In this document: positions 7,004-16,772 of the stretch, piece after piece
How positions within the stretch are numbered: the stretch's first letter is position 1
How the letters are laid out: every line of letters starts with the position of its first letter
Source: an uncultured bacterium
GTDB taxonomy: Bacteria > Armatimonadota > Zipacnadia > Zipacnadales > UBA5352
Reading direction: 5' to 3'
Length of the DNA stretch: 36,899 bases
NCBI GenBank assembly: GCA_965603135.1
Contig: CBFDBV010000003.1
Coordinates: 1 to 36,899, forward strand
Position numbers and translations under genes: made by a program
Notes under the pieces: model-generated
What the model saw: only the letters and a program-made list of their open reading frames with translations
Databases searched by the model: none
What the model was told of the DNA's origin: nothing

Positions 7004-9865
7004 ATGACCATGCGCGTTTTCGTCTCTTCGACATCTGAGGACCTCAACAACCACCGCAAAGAGGTCATACAGGCCATCCACCTCATGAACCACACGCCGG
7101 TAGCGATGGAGTACTTCCCCGCGGCCGACGCCACGCCATTGGACAAGAGCCTGGACGAGGTCGCCAGTTGCCACATCTACGTTGGCATCTTCGCCAAGCG
7201 ATATGGCTTCATCCCTGAAGGCTATGACCGTTCCATCACCGAACTGGAGTACCGAGAAGCAGTCAAGAACGGTATTCCAGCCCTGGTCTTCCTACTCGAT
7301 GATAGTGCCCAGTGGTCCGAGGAGTACACTGACACTGGTGAGCAGGCAGAGCGCCTCCGCGTCCTTCGGGAAGAGCTAATGCGGCTCAAGACCGTGAGGT
7401 TCTTCAAAGATCGCAAGCAGCTTCCCGTCTTGGTGACCACCTCCGTCAGCCAAACAGCCACTGAGATCATGGAGAAGGAGTTCGAGGAAGCGCGCCACCC
7501 CGGCCCCGAGGATGTCGAACGGCAGAAGCGTGAACTCGAGCGCCTCCTCGTTGAGCTGACGGAAGCCCAGAAGCGCGCCGGTGACCGCGTCCAACAGATC
7601 GTCGCGGGGCCTGTCCCGGGCGCCACTATCCAGCACTTCCAGGATCGCATCGCCGAACTACGTGCCCTTCACGAGCGCCTCGAGGATCCCAATCTCCGCG
7701 TAGTGCTGGTTTGCGGGCGAGGGGGCACCGGCAAGACAGCCCTGATCACCAAGCTAGTCCGCGAGGTGGAAGAAGACCTTAGGAAGGGCACCACCCCGGA
7801 CGACCGCGACGTTGACGGCATTGTCTTTGCAGACCTGCGCAAGTCCGAGTTCCGCTCTCCCGACAAGATCGTCGAACTCGTCCGCCGCACGCTGGACGCG
7901 GCAGCAGACGACGAACTCCGCGACCACTGGCGCGGCAAGGCCTCCCTCAGTGAAGGGCTGGAATTCCTCTTCACGCGGACTTTTGCCCAGCACCGCTACC
8001 TCATCGTGCTCGACAATTTCGAGAGTGTGCTAGACAAGCACAACGCCATCTTCGATGAGTACGACGGATTGCGCCGTTTCGTGGAGGCCTGCCTCGAATA
8101 CGATCACAGTGCGCTGCTGATGGCCACCAGCCGCCGGACTCTCGTGCTCTCGCCCGAGGTTGAGGGCCGCGTCGTCGGCCGTCGTGATGAACTCTCATTG
8201 GATCGAGGGCTGCCCGAGGATGCGGCCGTAGACCTGCTCCGCGAACTCGACGCCGACGGCCAGCTTGGCATCAGGGAGGCGCCGGAGCAAACTCTGCGCG
8301 AAGTCGTGCGCCGCTGTGAGGGCATTCCTCGGACGCTCGAGACCCTGGTCGGCACCCTGGGCCAGCGCCGCACCCGTACCCTCCAGGAGCTGCTCGCGGA
8401 CGAATCCGGACTCGCTCGTCTCCTGGAGAACCCTGCCCGCGAGCTGTATGACAACCTCTCCGGCAATGAGAGGCTCGTGGTGCAGGCGCTTGCCGTGTAC
8501 AACCATCCGGTGCCGGCCGCCGCCGTTCGCCACATTCTTCCGGCCCTTCCGGTTGATGACATTCTTGACCGTCTGGTGCGCAACTACGTCATCATCTACG
8601 ACCGGGGACGCTTCTCATTGCATCCGCTCGACCAGGCGTATGCCTATCACCAGATACCGGAAGAGGGAGACGATTACAGCCGGCCGGCCCTTCACCAGCT
8701 TGCTGTGGACTTCTTCCAGGAACTCGCCAAGCCTGTGGACAAATGGCAGAGCATTGATGACGTCGAACCCCAACTCCGGCAGTTCTACCACCTCGTACAC
8801 GCCGGCCTCCACGACACGGCTGCCAGGCTACTGGGCGTCATTGACCGCCAGTACCTATGGCTCTGGGGCTACGCTCAACTCGTTATCGAAATGCGCGAGA
8901 CCTTGAGGGGACACCTCGAGTTCCCGAACGAGCGGTACACGAACGCTGGCGCCCTGGGCTGGGCTTACTGGAGCGTCGGGCGCCACGAGGAGGCGCTCGT
9001 GCAATATGATCAGGCTATTGCGGGGGCGACAGAGAGTGGCGACTTCCTCAACGCAGATGTGTACCGGCACAACGAATCCCTGGTGTACGATGATCTCGGT
9101 GACCTGGAGCGCGCCCTTCAAATGATCTCGGACCTGGTCCCGCCGGTCAGGACCTTTCGGAGCAAGCAGGACTTGGCCGCAACGTTGGGTGACAAGGGCG
9201 TATTTCATATGCGCCTCGGTCAGTTCCCGGAAGCTATTCGCTTGTTCCAGGAGGCGGAGGAACTCGCCGCGGAGGCGAATGCGCAACGCGTACATGCCAA
9301 CAACCTCGATAACTTGGCCATTGCCTACCTGAACCTGCAAGACTACGCTGCAGCGAGCAGGTACGTCGAGAGGGCGCTCGCCATTCCAGTGGAGGTGGTC
9401 GGGCCCTACAACACCTACATACACCTCGTGACCAGGGCCCGTGTCTGTCTCGCCCTGGGTGACCATCACAGCGCCATCGAGGATTGCGAGGCGGCCATCA
9501 GCCTGAAGCAACCTGCCCTCCGCTACCGGGCCCCACTGTACATGGCTCTTGCACACTGGTGCCTTGACGACCCCGAAGCGGGGGTCGAAAGCGCCCAGCA
9601 GGCCGTAGAGTCGGCCCGTTCACTGCTGGCATATACGAGACACAGTCGTGACGCGCAGTACTTCCTGGCGATCGCTCTGCTCTGTGCTGGGCAGGCGGTT
9701 GAAGCCCTGAAGGCGTATGGTGAAGCCCTCGACAACTGCTCTGCCAGAGGCGTCGTGCGCGATGCCCTTCTCGACTTGCAGCTACTGCGGAACGCGCCCC
9801 AGCCGCCGCAGGGCGTTGGCGAGGCTGTCGCGCTGCTGGAGGATCGTCTCCAGGACAGTCAGTGA
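7004..9865 (+). CDS. DUF4062 (TIR-like) - STAND/NB-ARC NTPase - TPR protein
   Basis: N-terminus RVFVSSTSEDL...EVASCHIYVGIFAKRYG...SITELEYREA (DUF4062). Coiled segment, Walker A GRGGTGKT, Walker B YLIVLDNFE, CEGIPRTL (GxP), LHPL and C-terminal TPR-like repeats. Confidence 0.9.
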   Translation: MTMRVFVSSTSEDLNNHRKEVIQAIHLMNHTPVAMEYFPAADATPLDKSLDEVASCHIYVGIFAKRYGFIPEGYDRSITELEYREAVKNGIPALVFLLDDSAQWSEEYTDTGEQAERLRVLREELMRLKTVRFFKDRKQLPVLVTTSVSQTATEIMEKEFEEARHPGPEDVERQKRELERLLVELTEAQKRAGDRVQQIVAGPVPGATIQHFQDRIAELRALHERLEDPNLRVVLVCGRGGTGKTALITKLVREVEEDLRKGTTPDDRDVDGIVFADLRKSEFRSPDKIVELVRRTLDAAADDELRDHWRGKASLSEGLEFLFTRTFAQHRYLIVLDNFESVLDKHNAIFDEYDGLRRFVEACLEYDHSALLMATSRRTLVLSPEVEGRVVGRRDELSLDRGLPEDAAVDLLRELDADGQLGIREAPEQTLREVVRRCEGIPRTLETLVGTLGQRRTRTLQELLADESGLARLLENPARELYDNLSGNERLVVQALAVYNHPVPAAAVRHILPALPVDDILDRLVRNYVIIYDRGRFSLHPLDQAYAYHQIPEEGDDYSRPALHQLAVDFFQELAKPVDKWQSIDDVEPQLRQFYHLVHAGLHDTAARLLGVIDRQYLWLWGYAQLVIEMRETLRGHLEFPNERYTNAGALGWAYWSVGRHEEALVQYDQAIAGATESGDFLNADVYRHNESLVYDDLGDLERALQMISDLVPPVRTFRSKQDLAATLGDKGVFHMRLGQFPEAIRLFQEAEELAAEANAQRVHANNLDNLAIAYLNLQDYAAASRYVERALAIPVEVVGPYNTYIHLVTRARVCLALGDHHSAIEDCEAAISLKQPALRYRAPLYMALAHWCLDDPEAGVESAQQAVESARSLLAYTRHSRDAQYFLAIALLCAGQAVEALKAYGEALDNCSARGVVRDALLDLQLLRNAPQPPQGVGEAVALLEDRLQDSQ

Positions 9866-9880
9866 ATTCCCGCCCTGGCC

Positions 9881-10003
9881 CTTGCTGAGTGTCGCAAGGG
9901 GCAGGTCGACAGCGTTGCCACCAGAGCGCATCATCGCTCTGTCCTTCAGGTCGGCGGCCATCTTCAGGCGTTGTTGCGCTCTGTCAGCCTCAAATGTGGC
10001 GAG
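9881..10003 (+). pseudogene. Decayed internal fragment of the 10189..14781 gene, fused in-frame to the EamA 3' copy
   Basis: LAECRKGQVDSVATRAHHRSVLQVGGHLQALLRSVSLK is collinear with FVEYRQRHVERTVTGADDEFALQVGGEFEPLMRSVTFQ encoded at about 12580-12695. Both contain CTTCAGGTCGGCGG. Confidence 0.75.
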
Positions 10004-10153
10004 GGCCCGCCGCGCGTGAACGTCATCACCTCGACCTACCCGCTCATCTCGGCGATGGTGGGCTGGTGGCTGTTCAAGGAGCGCTTCAGCCCGATGATCG
10101 GCCTCGGGGCGTTGCTGCTCGTGGCCGGGGTGATACTGCTTCAATTCGTGTGA
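10004..10153 (+). repeat. Direct repeat A2: orphan EamA 3' fragment
   Basis: Encodes GPPRVNVITSTYPL...VILLQFV-stop and matches 6234-6383. Confidence 0.95.
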
Positions 10154-10188
10154 CGGCCGTACGTGATACGTCCAAGCGAGGTGCGAGC

Positions 10189-13100
10189 ATGCATATCAAG
10201 GTCCGCGGTGCGGCGCTTTGTGCTGTCTTTATCTGCTCGATGCTGCCAGCCGCCCAGGCAGCCCCGTGGTGGAATCCGCGTTGGCGGCTGCGCACGACAG
10301 TCGTCCGCACTACGCCCTACCGCCACGACACTCCACGCCCGGTCGAGGTCGCGGTGGACTTCTCCCAGCTGCTGCAACGCGCCGACGTGCACGGAGAGTT
10401 CGATCCTGCCTCGCTGCGCGTGGTCCAGCCCGGCACAGGGCAGCGCGGCGGTCAGGTGCCGTTCGCGTGCCGCACGGAGTTCAACGCGAGAGAAGGCCAC
10501 GAACAGTCCTGTCTCGCCTGGATGGCCGGCCCCCGCATCGGGGAGGTCGGCCGCTACGACATTTACTTCGACACAAAGGACCGTCACATTCAGGCACACG
10601 ATTACCATCCTGACCTTTTGCCTCCCGAGGACCTGCTTGCCAACGCGGGCTTCGAGGAGGAGGCCGCCGGCTTGCCGGTGGGTTGGACGGTGGAGCCGAA
10701 GGAGCTGGTCAGCCTCGGCCGCTTCGAACGTACCACCGGCGAGCGGTCACTGAAGATCGTAGTGGATGAGAACACCCCCGAACGCAGAGCCGCGGCGGCC
10801 GGGCCGGAGCTGCTGAACGAGTTGCCTGAGGCCGACATAATCCTCGAGGCGGAGCTCGAGGACTACGGCAAGGCGAAGGGCCTCGCGCCCGTCAACCTGC
10901 CGGAAGCCAGCGGCGGCCAGGCCATGGCCCTGGGCGACGAGACGACCGGCGCGGGGGGCCAGGTGAAGCTGGAGCCGGGGGAGTACACATTGCTGGTGCG
11001 CGCCTGGGGCCCGACCAGCGAACAGGATGCCTTCTTCGTTGACATCCGCGGCAGGCGCGAACGGCGCTGGGCAGCGGGGCCCAAGTGGACCGAGGTCGCG
11101 TGTAGCTTCAAGGTTGGGAAGACCGAACTCGTGCCGATAGCCATCATCGGGGCGGAGCCGGGCACCTGCGTGGACCGGATCGCCGTCGTGCGAGGCACGT
11201 ACCGGACCCCGGACGGCCAGGGCGAGAGCATCGGTCGCGACGTGACCATCTCGCAGAGCATTGACGTGCGGAAGTTCGCCGGGCAGGAGATGGTCTTCGA
11301 GTGCGATCTGCTGGCCGAGCGCGCCAAGTACGGTGCCCCGGTCTTCGTCGAACTCCAGCAGTTCCGCGCCGATGGCTCACGCATCCTCGAGTGCCCCATC
11401 CAACCCCGCTGGCTCACCGTCGAGCTGGCGCAGGGCCAACTCGTGCAGTTCTCTGAGCGCGGTCGCTTCAGTCACGAGGCCGCGACCGCGGATGTTCGCA
11501 TTCGCGTCCGCTGCTACGTCAAGGACGCGGACACGGGGGAGACCGTCACAGGGCCCGAGGCCTTCTTCACCGTCTGGCTCGACCGCGTAGTGGTCCGGCC
11601 CGGGGAGCGCTGGCCCTGGCCAGCCGCCAGCAACGCCGGGTTCGTCGAGGGCGCGCTGGCGAACGCGCCGCTCAACCGCGGCTTCGAGTTCACGGGCCAG
11701 CGCCGCCTCGCCTTCAACGGCGGCTCGGAGGGAACGCTCACGGCGAGCACCTACGGTGACGCGAAGTCCGTTCACTGGGGTCTTGAGGCCGGGACGCTGG
11801 AGTTCTGGTGCAAGCCCTCCTGGGACGCTGAAGACGGCATCGAGCACATCTTCTTCCTCGGCCTCGCCTACGGCCACCGGACGCAGTGCCTGCTGCGCAA
11901 GCTCAACGCGGAGGGCAGCAATCAGCTCGAGTTCAGCATCGCCGATGCCGGCGGCAAGCGGCACACAATCCGTGGGCCCGCGCCGCTGCGAGCCGGGCAG
12001 TGGTATCACCTCGCGGCCACCTGGGATTTCCGGAAGGCGCACCTCCAACTCTTCGCGGACGGCAAGCCCGTGGCCGCCGACGGCCCGAGCGCCGAGCCCT
12101 GGCCCAGCAGCCTCGTTCACACCAGCGACCCGAAGGCAAAGGGCATCGGCATCTCCGAGGAGGACAGCCGGAGTATGCCCATGCAGGCATTCATCGGCGG
12201 GGGGAGCAGATGCCGGGAAAGCCGGAGTGCGGAAGCCGTCGTGGATGAGTTCCGGATCTCCGACCTGCCGCGCTACGGCGGCGACTTCACGCCGGCTCGC
12301 GACGAGTTCGAGGTTGACGAGCATACCAGGGCGCTCTTTCACCTGGAGAATGAGCGGGACGGCGTACATGATGCCGACGACAGGTTCGTGCGCGGGCACC
12401 TGGGCTGTGAGCTGGAGCCGCAGGAACAGTACGCGCCGCTGGAGGTCTTGACCAACGGCAAGGTGGAGCGCCGCGTGGCCCTGGTGAAGCCGTACGCCTC
12501 CATCGCCCTGTTCGAGAGGAACCGTGCCGAGAGCCGTCTCACGGTCACGCGGCCCTTCCGCGAGCTACCCGACCCGCGCTTCGTTGAGTATCGCCAGCGG
12601 CACGTCGAGCGCACGGTCACCGGAGCCGACGATGAGTTCGCGCTTCAGGTCGGCGGTGAGTTCGAGCCGCTGATGCGCTCGGTCACTTTCCAGCGCGCGG
12701 ATACAGCGGGCGCGGAGACGACCTTGCTCCCCCGCTGGCGCGCGAATGATAACGTGGTCCCCTTCAGCGTCGAGAGCCTCGCCGCCACGCTGACAACCGA
12801 CGCACGCAGCGACCCGGAAAAGGCCTTCGAGGCCTTCAAGTACGCACTGCAAACCACCAACTACTACGACGCTCACTACTGCGAGACCCTTCCGTCCGGT
12901 CGCCACCGGCCACGCGTCTCGTACACGCTCACCAAGGCTCTGAACATCTACCCGTTCGATCAGTGCGGGCCGCTCAATCACATCCTGCGCAAGCTCTTCC
13001 TGGCCGCGGGCGTCTCCTCGAACGACGCCTCGGGGACGCACCATCAGTTCGAGCAGGCCTTCTACCACGGCAGCCTGCGGCTTTTCGACCTCTCGCCGCG

Positions 13101-14781
13101 CATCTACTGGTTGGAACGGGACAACAATACCGTCGTGAGCCGCCGCGGCTTTGAGGAGGACATGTATCTCAAGCTCCGCCAGGGCAGCACCGTGAGTTCG
13201 GCCCTCCGCGGGCGCAGGAGCCGAGCGCGCTTCGGCACGGCAGTGCGCCCACACAGCATGGATTTTCCGCTCCGGCCGGGCGAGCGGGCGAGCATCTGTT
13301 GGCACAATGAGGGCCGGTGGTTCGAGGTCACGGACAAAGATCGCAAGGCGATTCCTCTGGCGAAGATACCGCCGTACTTCGGCAACGGAGCGATCATCTA
13401 CCAGCCGACCGGCGAAGGGGAAGCGACGGCGCTCGACAACATGGAGGTCGGTGTAACGGGTGACGGTTCCCCGTTGCTTCGTGCGCAGGCGTCGGCCCAG
13501 GCGGCGACCCTCATCTACCGGGCTGAGTGTCCGTACATCCTCTCGGACTGCCGCGTCAGCGGGGCGTACTCAGCCGAGGGAGCGGGTGCAGTCAGCCTGT
13601 CGCTGTCGTTCGATGAGGGGGAGAGCTGGGCGGAGGTGTGGCGGAGTTCGAGCACGTCGGGACAGATAGCCGCTGACCTGCTTGAGCACGTGACCGCGAG
13701 ATACGCCTACTGGCTCAGGCTGGAGCTGGCCGCAGGCAAAGAGGCGGCCGTCAGGGACCTCGAGGTGCGCACCACGCTGGTGGCTTCGCCACTGGCGCTG
13801 CCCGGGAGGCTTCGCCTGGGAGAGAACCGCATCAGCTTCGTGGGTGGGCCCGTCACCGTGCCCGTGAGGACCGCCTGCACCTGGCGCGAGCGGCATCGGA
13901 GCGACCTGGGGGTGTCGCTGAACGCCGTCAGCTACTACATGAACGGGGATGAGGCGCACAGGAACCTGCTTGTCATGGCGCCCGGACGGGAGGCGCCGGT
14001 GAGGGTGACGCTCGAGGGAAGGAGGCTGCGGGGATGGGTGGCCCTGGAGGGTCTGCCGGAGGGCTGGGCGGTAGGCGCGACGGAACAGACGGTCGAGGTG
14101 GCCGATCCCGGAGAGCCGGCGAGCGTGCAGTTCACGGTCAGGCCCGAAGGCGCGCCGGGGGCGATACGAGGGTTCGATGTTATCGTGCGCGAGCGGGAGA
14201 GTGAGCGGCGCGTGCAGGCGCAGGTGCTGGTGGCGGAGGCGGCGCTGCTGAGCGAGGCTGAGGACGCGGTCGAGGTCAGCGGCGAGGTGGAGCCGCTGGG
14301 GCTTGGGGAGCTGAGCGGGGCCCGTGGCGTGCAGTTCGGTGGCGACGGAGAGCTCGCCTTCGACTTCACCGCGCCCCGGGAGGACACGTATGCCCTGTGG
14401 CTGCGGGCCCGCTGGGAACCGGGCAGCAGCACCGCCGTGAAGCTGATGCTCGACGAGGCGGAGCCGCGCGACCTTCGGGCCACGGCCATGATCGGATTCA
14501 CCGACTGGACCAGCCCGCGACGCGCGCACACCAAGATGTTCGCCCACTTCGGCGAGCAGTACAAGTTCTGGAGCTGGTATCGGGTTGGCGACATAGAGCT
14601 GAGTGGCGGCGACCAGCGCCTCACGCTCGCGGCGCACGGTGGTGCGCAGCTCGATGCGCTGGCGCTCCTGCCGCAGGACCCGGCGATGGACCGGGCAGCC
14701 ATGAACCTGTTTCAGAACTGGAACTACGCCCCGTGGGACAACCCGCTTCCACAAGCGGCGCATGACGAGGAGGTGAGATGA
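10189..14781 (+). CDS. Large secreted multidomain protein (CBM-like, LamG-like, transglutaminase-like core, Ig/CBM-like C-terminus)
   Basis: Start moved to ATG 10189 (GAGGTG RBS, signal peptide). APWWNPRWRLR; LamG motifs GTLEFWCKP, GQWYHLAATWD, VDEFRISD; DQCG...HHQFEQAFYHGSLRLFD. Confidence 0.75.
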   Translation: MHIKVRGAALCAVFICSMLPAAQAAPWWNPRWRLRTTVVRTTPYRHDTPRPVEVAVDFSQLLQRADVHGEFDPASLRVVQPGTGQRGGQVPFACRTEFNAREGHEQSCLAWMAGPRIGEVGRYDIYFDTKDRHIQAHDYHPDLLPPEDLLANAGFEEEAAGLPVGWTVEPKELVSLGRFERTTGERSLKIVVDENTPERRAAAAGPELLNELPEADIILEAELEDYGKAKGLAPVNLPEASGGQAMALGDETTGAGGQVKLEPGEYTLLVRAWGPTSEQDAFFVDIRGRRERRWAAGPKWTEVACSFKVGKTELVPIAIIGAEPGTCVDRIAVVRGTYRTPDGQGESIGRDVTISQSIDVRKFAGQEMVFECDLLAERAKYGAPVFVELQQFRADGSRILECPIQPRWLTVELAQGQLVQFSERGRFSHEAATADVRIRVRCYVKDADTGETVTGPEAFFTVWLDRVVVRPGERWPWPAASNAGFVEGALANAPLNRGFEFTGQRRLAFNGGSEGTLTASTYGDAKSVHWGLEAGTLEFWCKPSWDAEDGIEHIFFLGLAYGHRTQCLLRKLNAEGSNQLEFSIADAGGKRHTIRGPAPLRAGQWYHLAATWDFRKAHLQLFADGKPVAADGPSAEPWPSSLVHTSDPKAKGIGISEEDSRSMPMQAFIGGGSRCRESRSAEAVVDEFRISDLPRYGGDFTPARDEFEVDEHTRALFHLENERDGVHDADDRFVRGHLGCELEPQEQYAPLEVLTNGKVERRVALVKPYASIALFERNRAESRLTVTRPFRELPDPRFVEYRQRHVERTVTGADDEFALQVGGEFEPLMRSVTFQRADTAGAETTLLPRWRANDNVVPFSVESLAATLTTDARSDPEKAFEAFKYALQTTNYYDAHYCETLPSGRHRPRVSYTLTKALNIYPFDQCGPLNHILRKLFLAAGVSSNDASGTHHQFEQAFYHGSLRLFDLSPRIYWLERDNNTVVSRRGFEEDMYLKLRQGSTVSSALRGRRSRARFGTAVRPHSMDFPLRPGERASICWHNEGRWFEVTDKDRKAIPLAKIPPYFGNGAIIYQPTGEGEATALDNMEVGVTGDGSPLLRAQASAQAATLIYRAECPYILSDCRVSGAYSAEGAGAVSLSLSFDEGESWAEVWRSSSTSGQIAADLLEHVTARYAYWLRLELAAGKEAAVRDLEVRTTLVASPLALPGRLRLGENRISFVGGPVTVPVRTACTWRERHRSDLGVSLNAVSYYMNGDEAHRNLLVMAPGREAPVRVTLEGRRLRGWVALEGLPEGWAVGATEQTVEVADPGEPASVQFTVRPEGAPGAIRGFDVIVRERESERRVQAQVLVAEAALLSEAEDAVEVSGEVEPLGLGELSGARGVQFGGDGELAFDFTAPREDTYALWLRARWEPGSSTAVKLMLDEAEPRDLRATAMIGFTDWTSPRRAHTKMFAHFGEQYKFWSWYRVGDIELSGGDQRLTLAAHGGAQLDALALLPQDPAMDRAAMNLFQNWNYAPWDNPLPQAAHDEEVR

Positions 14782-16772
14782 AGTTGAGCACACAGGGCTT
14801 GCGCGGCGGGCGATCCTTGGGGCCAGCGTGCGCCTGGGCACTGCTGCTGGGCCTCTGCTCGCTCGCGGGGGCAGAGGTGTACCGCGTGGACGGGATCAAC
14901 GGCAGCGATGATAGCGACGGCATCACCGCGCCCTTCAAGACCATCGCGCGCGCTGTTCAGACTCTGAGCACCTCGGATACGCTGGTCATCGCCAGGATGG
15001 ACGAGCCCTATCGGGAGTCACTGCCCCTGCGCGTCGGCGGGACCGCGCAGCAGCCGCTCATCGTCGAAGGCGGCGGGGCCACGCTCTCCGGCTCGGACCT
15101 TGCGCCGAAGACCGGATGGCAGCAAGCCGGCGAGACCTTCAGCCTCGCTCAGCCGAGAGAAGTCAAGTTCCTGTTCGGCCCGGAGGTGCGCTACGAGAAG
15201 GGCAAGTCCGCCGCCGAGCTTGAGCCCGAGCAGTGGTGGTGGGAGGAGGGCAAGCTCTACTTCCGGCCCGCCCAGGGCAAGACGTCCGCCGACTACGACC
15301 TGGAGATGAGCGTGCGCATCTCGGGGGTGCTGACCAGTGGCGCCGGGCAGATCATCGTCCGCAACCTGACCTGTGAGCACTTCTGGAACGATGGGTTCAA
15401 CATCCACGGCGGCAGCGCGCCGATGTGGTTCGAGAACATCCGCGGCGTCTGGAACGGTGACGAGGGCTTCAGCGCGCATGAGAACTGCGAGTGCTACGTG
15501 CGCGGCGGCGAGTTCTCCAGCAACTACTGGCACGGCATCGCCGATGTCAACCTCGCGCGCACGCACTTCGCCAACATAATCGTGCGCGACAACAGGAGCA
15601 AGGGCATACACTTCATCGGCGGGATGCACTCGGTCATTGACTCCGAGGTCAGCGGCAGCCCGATCAACGTCGTGCTGTCCCCATCGACCCGCACCCAGTG
15701 GCCGCGGTTCGAGGACCACCTTATGCGCCGGTGTCTGGCCAACTTCCGCAATGTCGTGGTGCGCTCGGCCCCCGGACAGGTGGGGGTGCTGATCGGCGCG
15801 GACGGGGCCGGGCTCTTCGAGCACTGCCTGATCTCGGGCGGCGAGGTCGGCATCAAGGTTGACGAGGGCGGAAAGGCGTACGTGGTGAACTCCATCGTGC
15901 ACGGGGCCGAGACTGCCGAGGTGGTCGCGATCGGCTCGTACGCCGCCGACCACAACCTCTATCACCCCGGCCGCTTCGTCATCGGCGAGACACAGTACTC
16001 GCCCGAGGACTTCGACGCCTACCGCGCGGCGACCGGCAATGACTCGAACTCCTTCCTGGAGGAGCCGAAGTTCGTCGGCGACACGCTCTGGGCCAGCCGC
16101 GCCTCCCGCGCCATGGGCGGCGCCTTCGGCGCTGAGGCCTACGGGGGCATGGACATCGGGCCCAGGCCGCGCGGCGTCCGGCCCGATGAGGACGCGTCAG
16201 TGATCCCGGTGGACGGGACGCGCACCGAGGCGGGCGACATCCTGTTCGCCTATGACTTCGAAGAGCACAACCCGTGGTCGCGGGTCTACCCGGTTCCGGT
16301 GAAGAACCAGGCGGGGCAGGCAGTTGAGGGCACCTCCGAGCTTTCAGACGAGCAGGCCCACTCAGGTGAGAAGTCGGCGAAGCTCGCGGTAAAGCTCCCC
16401 GCAGGCCCGCCGGGTGGCTACATGATCAAGCTCTTCAGCGTCAAGTTCGCCTACGACCGGCCGGTGCGGGCGATTCGGTACTGGCTCTTCGGCGACGGCT
16501 CGGGCAGGTCAGCGAAGCTGCGCATACGCGACGGCAGCGGCGAGTGCTTCTATGATGCGCCGACCAGCGTTGACTGGACCGGATGGCGGCAGATAACCTG
16601 GGACCTGGACGAGCGACCACCGGCGAGCATATCCGCCGGCGACGGCAATCAGGTCCAGGACGGCCCGCCGATGGAGATCGTGGTGGAGATACGCGCCGAG
16701 GCCGACAGCGAGATGGTGCTGTACTTCGACGACCTGGAGGTGGAGCTTGAGGGCGGCGGCCCGGGCGCTTAG
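14778..16772 (+). CDS. Right-handed parallel beta-helix protein with C-terminal CBM-like domain
   Basis: YRVDGINGSDDSDG..APFKTIARA, NDGFNIHG, NGDEGFSAHE, and C-terminal WLFGDGSG...VDWTGWRQI...LYFDDL. Start overlaps the upstream stop (ATGA). Confidence 0.8.
   Translation: MKLSTQGLRGGRSLGPACAWALLLGLCSLAGAEVYRVDGINGSDDSDGITAPFKTIARAVQTLSTSDTLVIARMDEPYRESLPLRVGGTAQQPLIVEGGGATLSGSDLAPKTGWQQAGETFSLAQPREVKFLFGPEVRYEKGKSAAELEPEQWWWEEGKLYFRPAQGKTSADYDLEMSVRISGVLTSGAGQIIVRNLTCEHFWNDGFNIHGGSAPMWFENIRGVWNGDEGFSAHENCECYVRGGEFSSNYWHGIADVNLARTHFANIIVRDNRSKGIHFIGGMHSVIDSEVSGSPINVVLSPSTRTQWPRFEDHLMRRCLANFRNVVVRSAPGQVGVLIGADGAGLFEHCLISGGEVGIKVDEGGKAYVVNSIVHGAETAEVVAIGSYAADHNLYHPGRFVIGETQYSPEDFDAYRAATGNDSNSFLEEPKFVGDTLWASRASRAMGGAFGAEAYGGMDIGPRPRGVRPDEDASVIPVDGTRTEAGDILFAYDFEEHNPWSRVYPVPVKNQAGQAVEGTSELSDEQAHSGEKSAKLAVKLPAGPPGGYMIKLFSVKFAYDRPVRAIRYWLFGDGSGRSAKLRIRDGSGECFYDAPTSVDWTGWRQITWDLDERPPASISAGDGNQVQDGPPMEIVVEIRAEADSEMVLYFDDLEVELEGGGPGA

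Noticed and set aside
9889-10188. First 100 aa of the 1630-aa ORF
   Set aside because: Out-of-frame read-through of relic and EamA repeat DNA; the true start is 10189.
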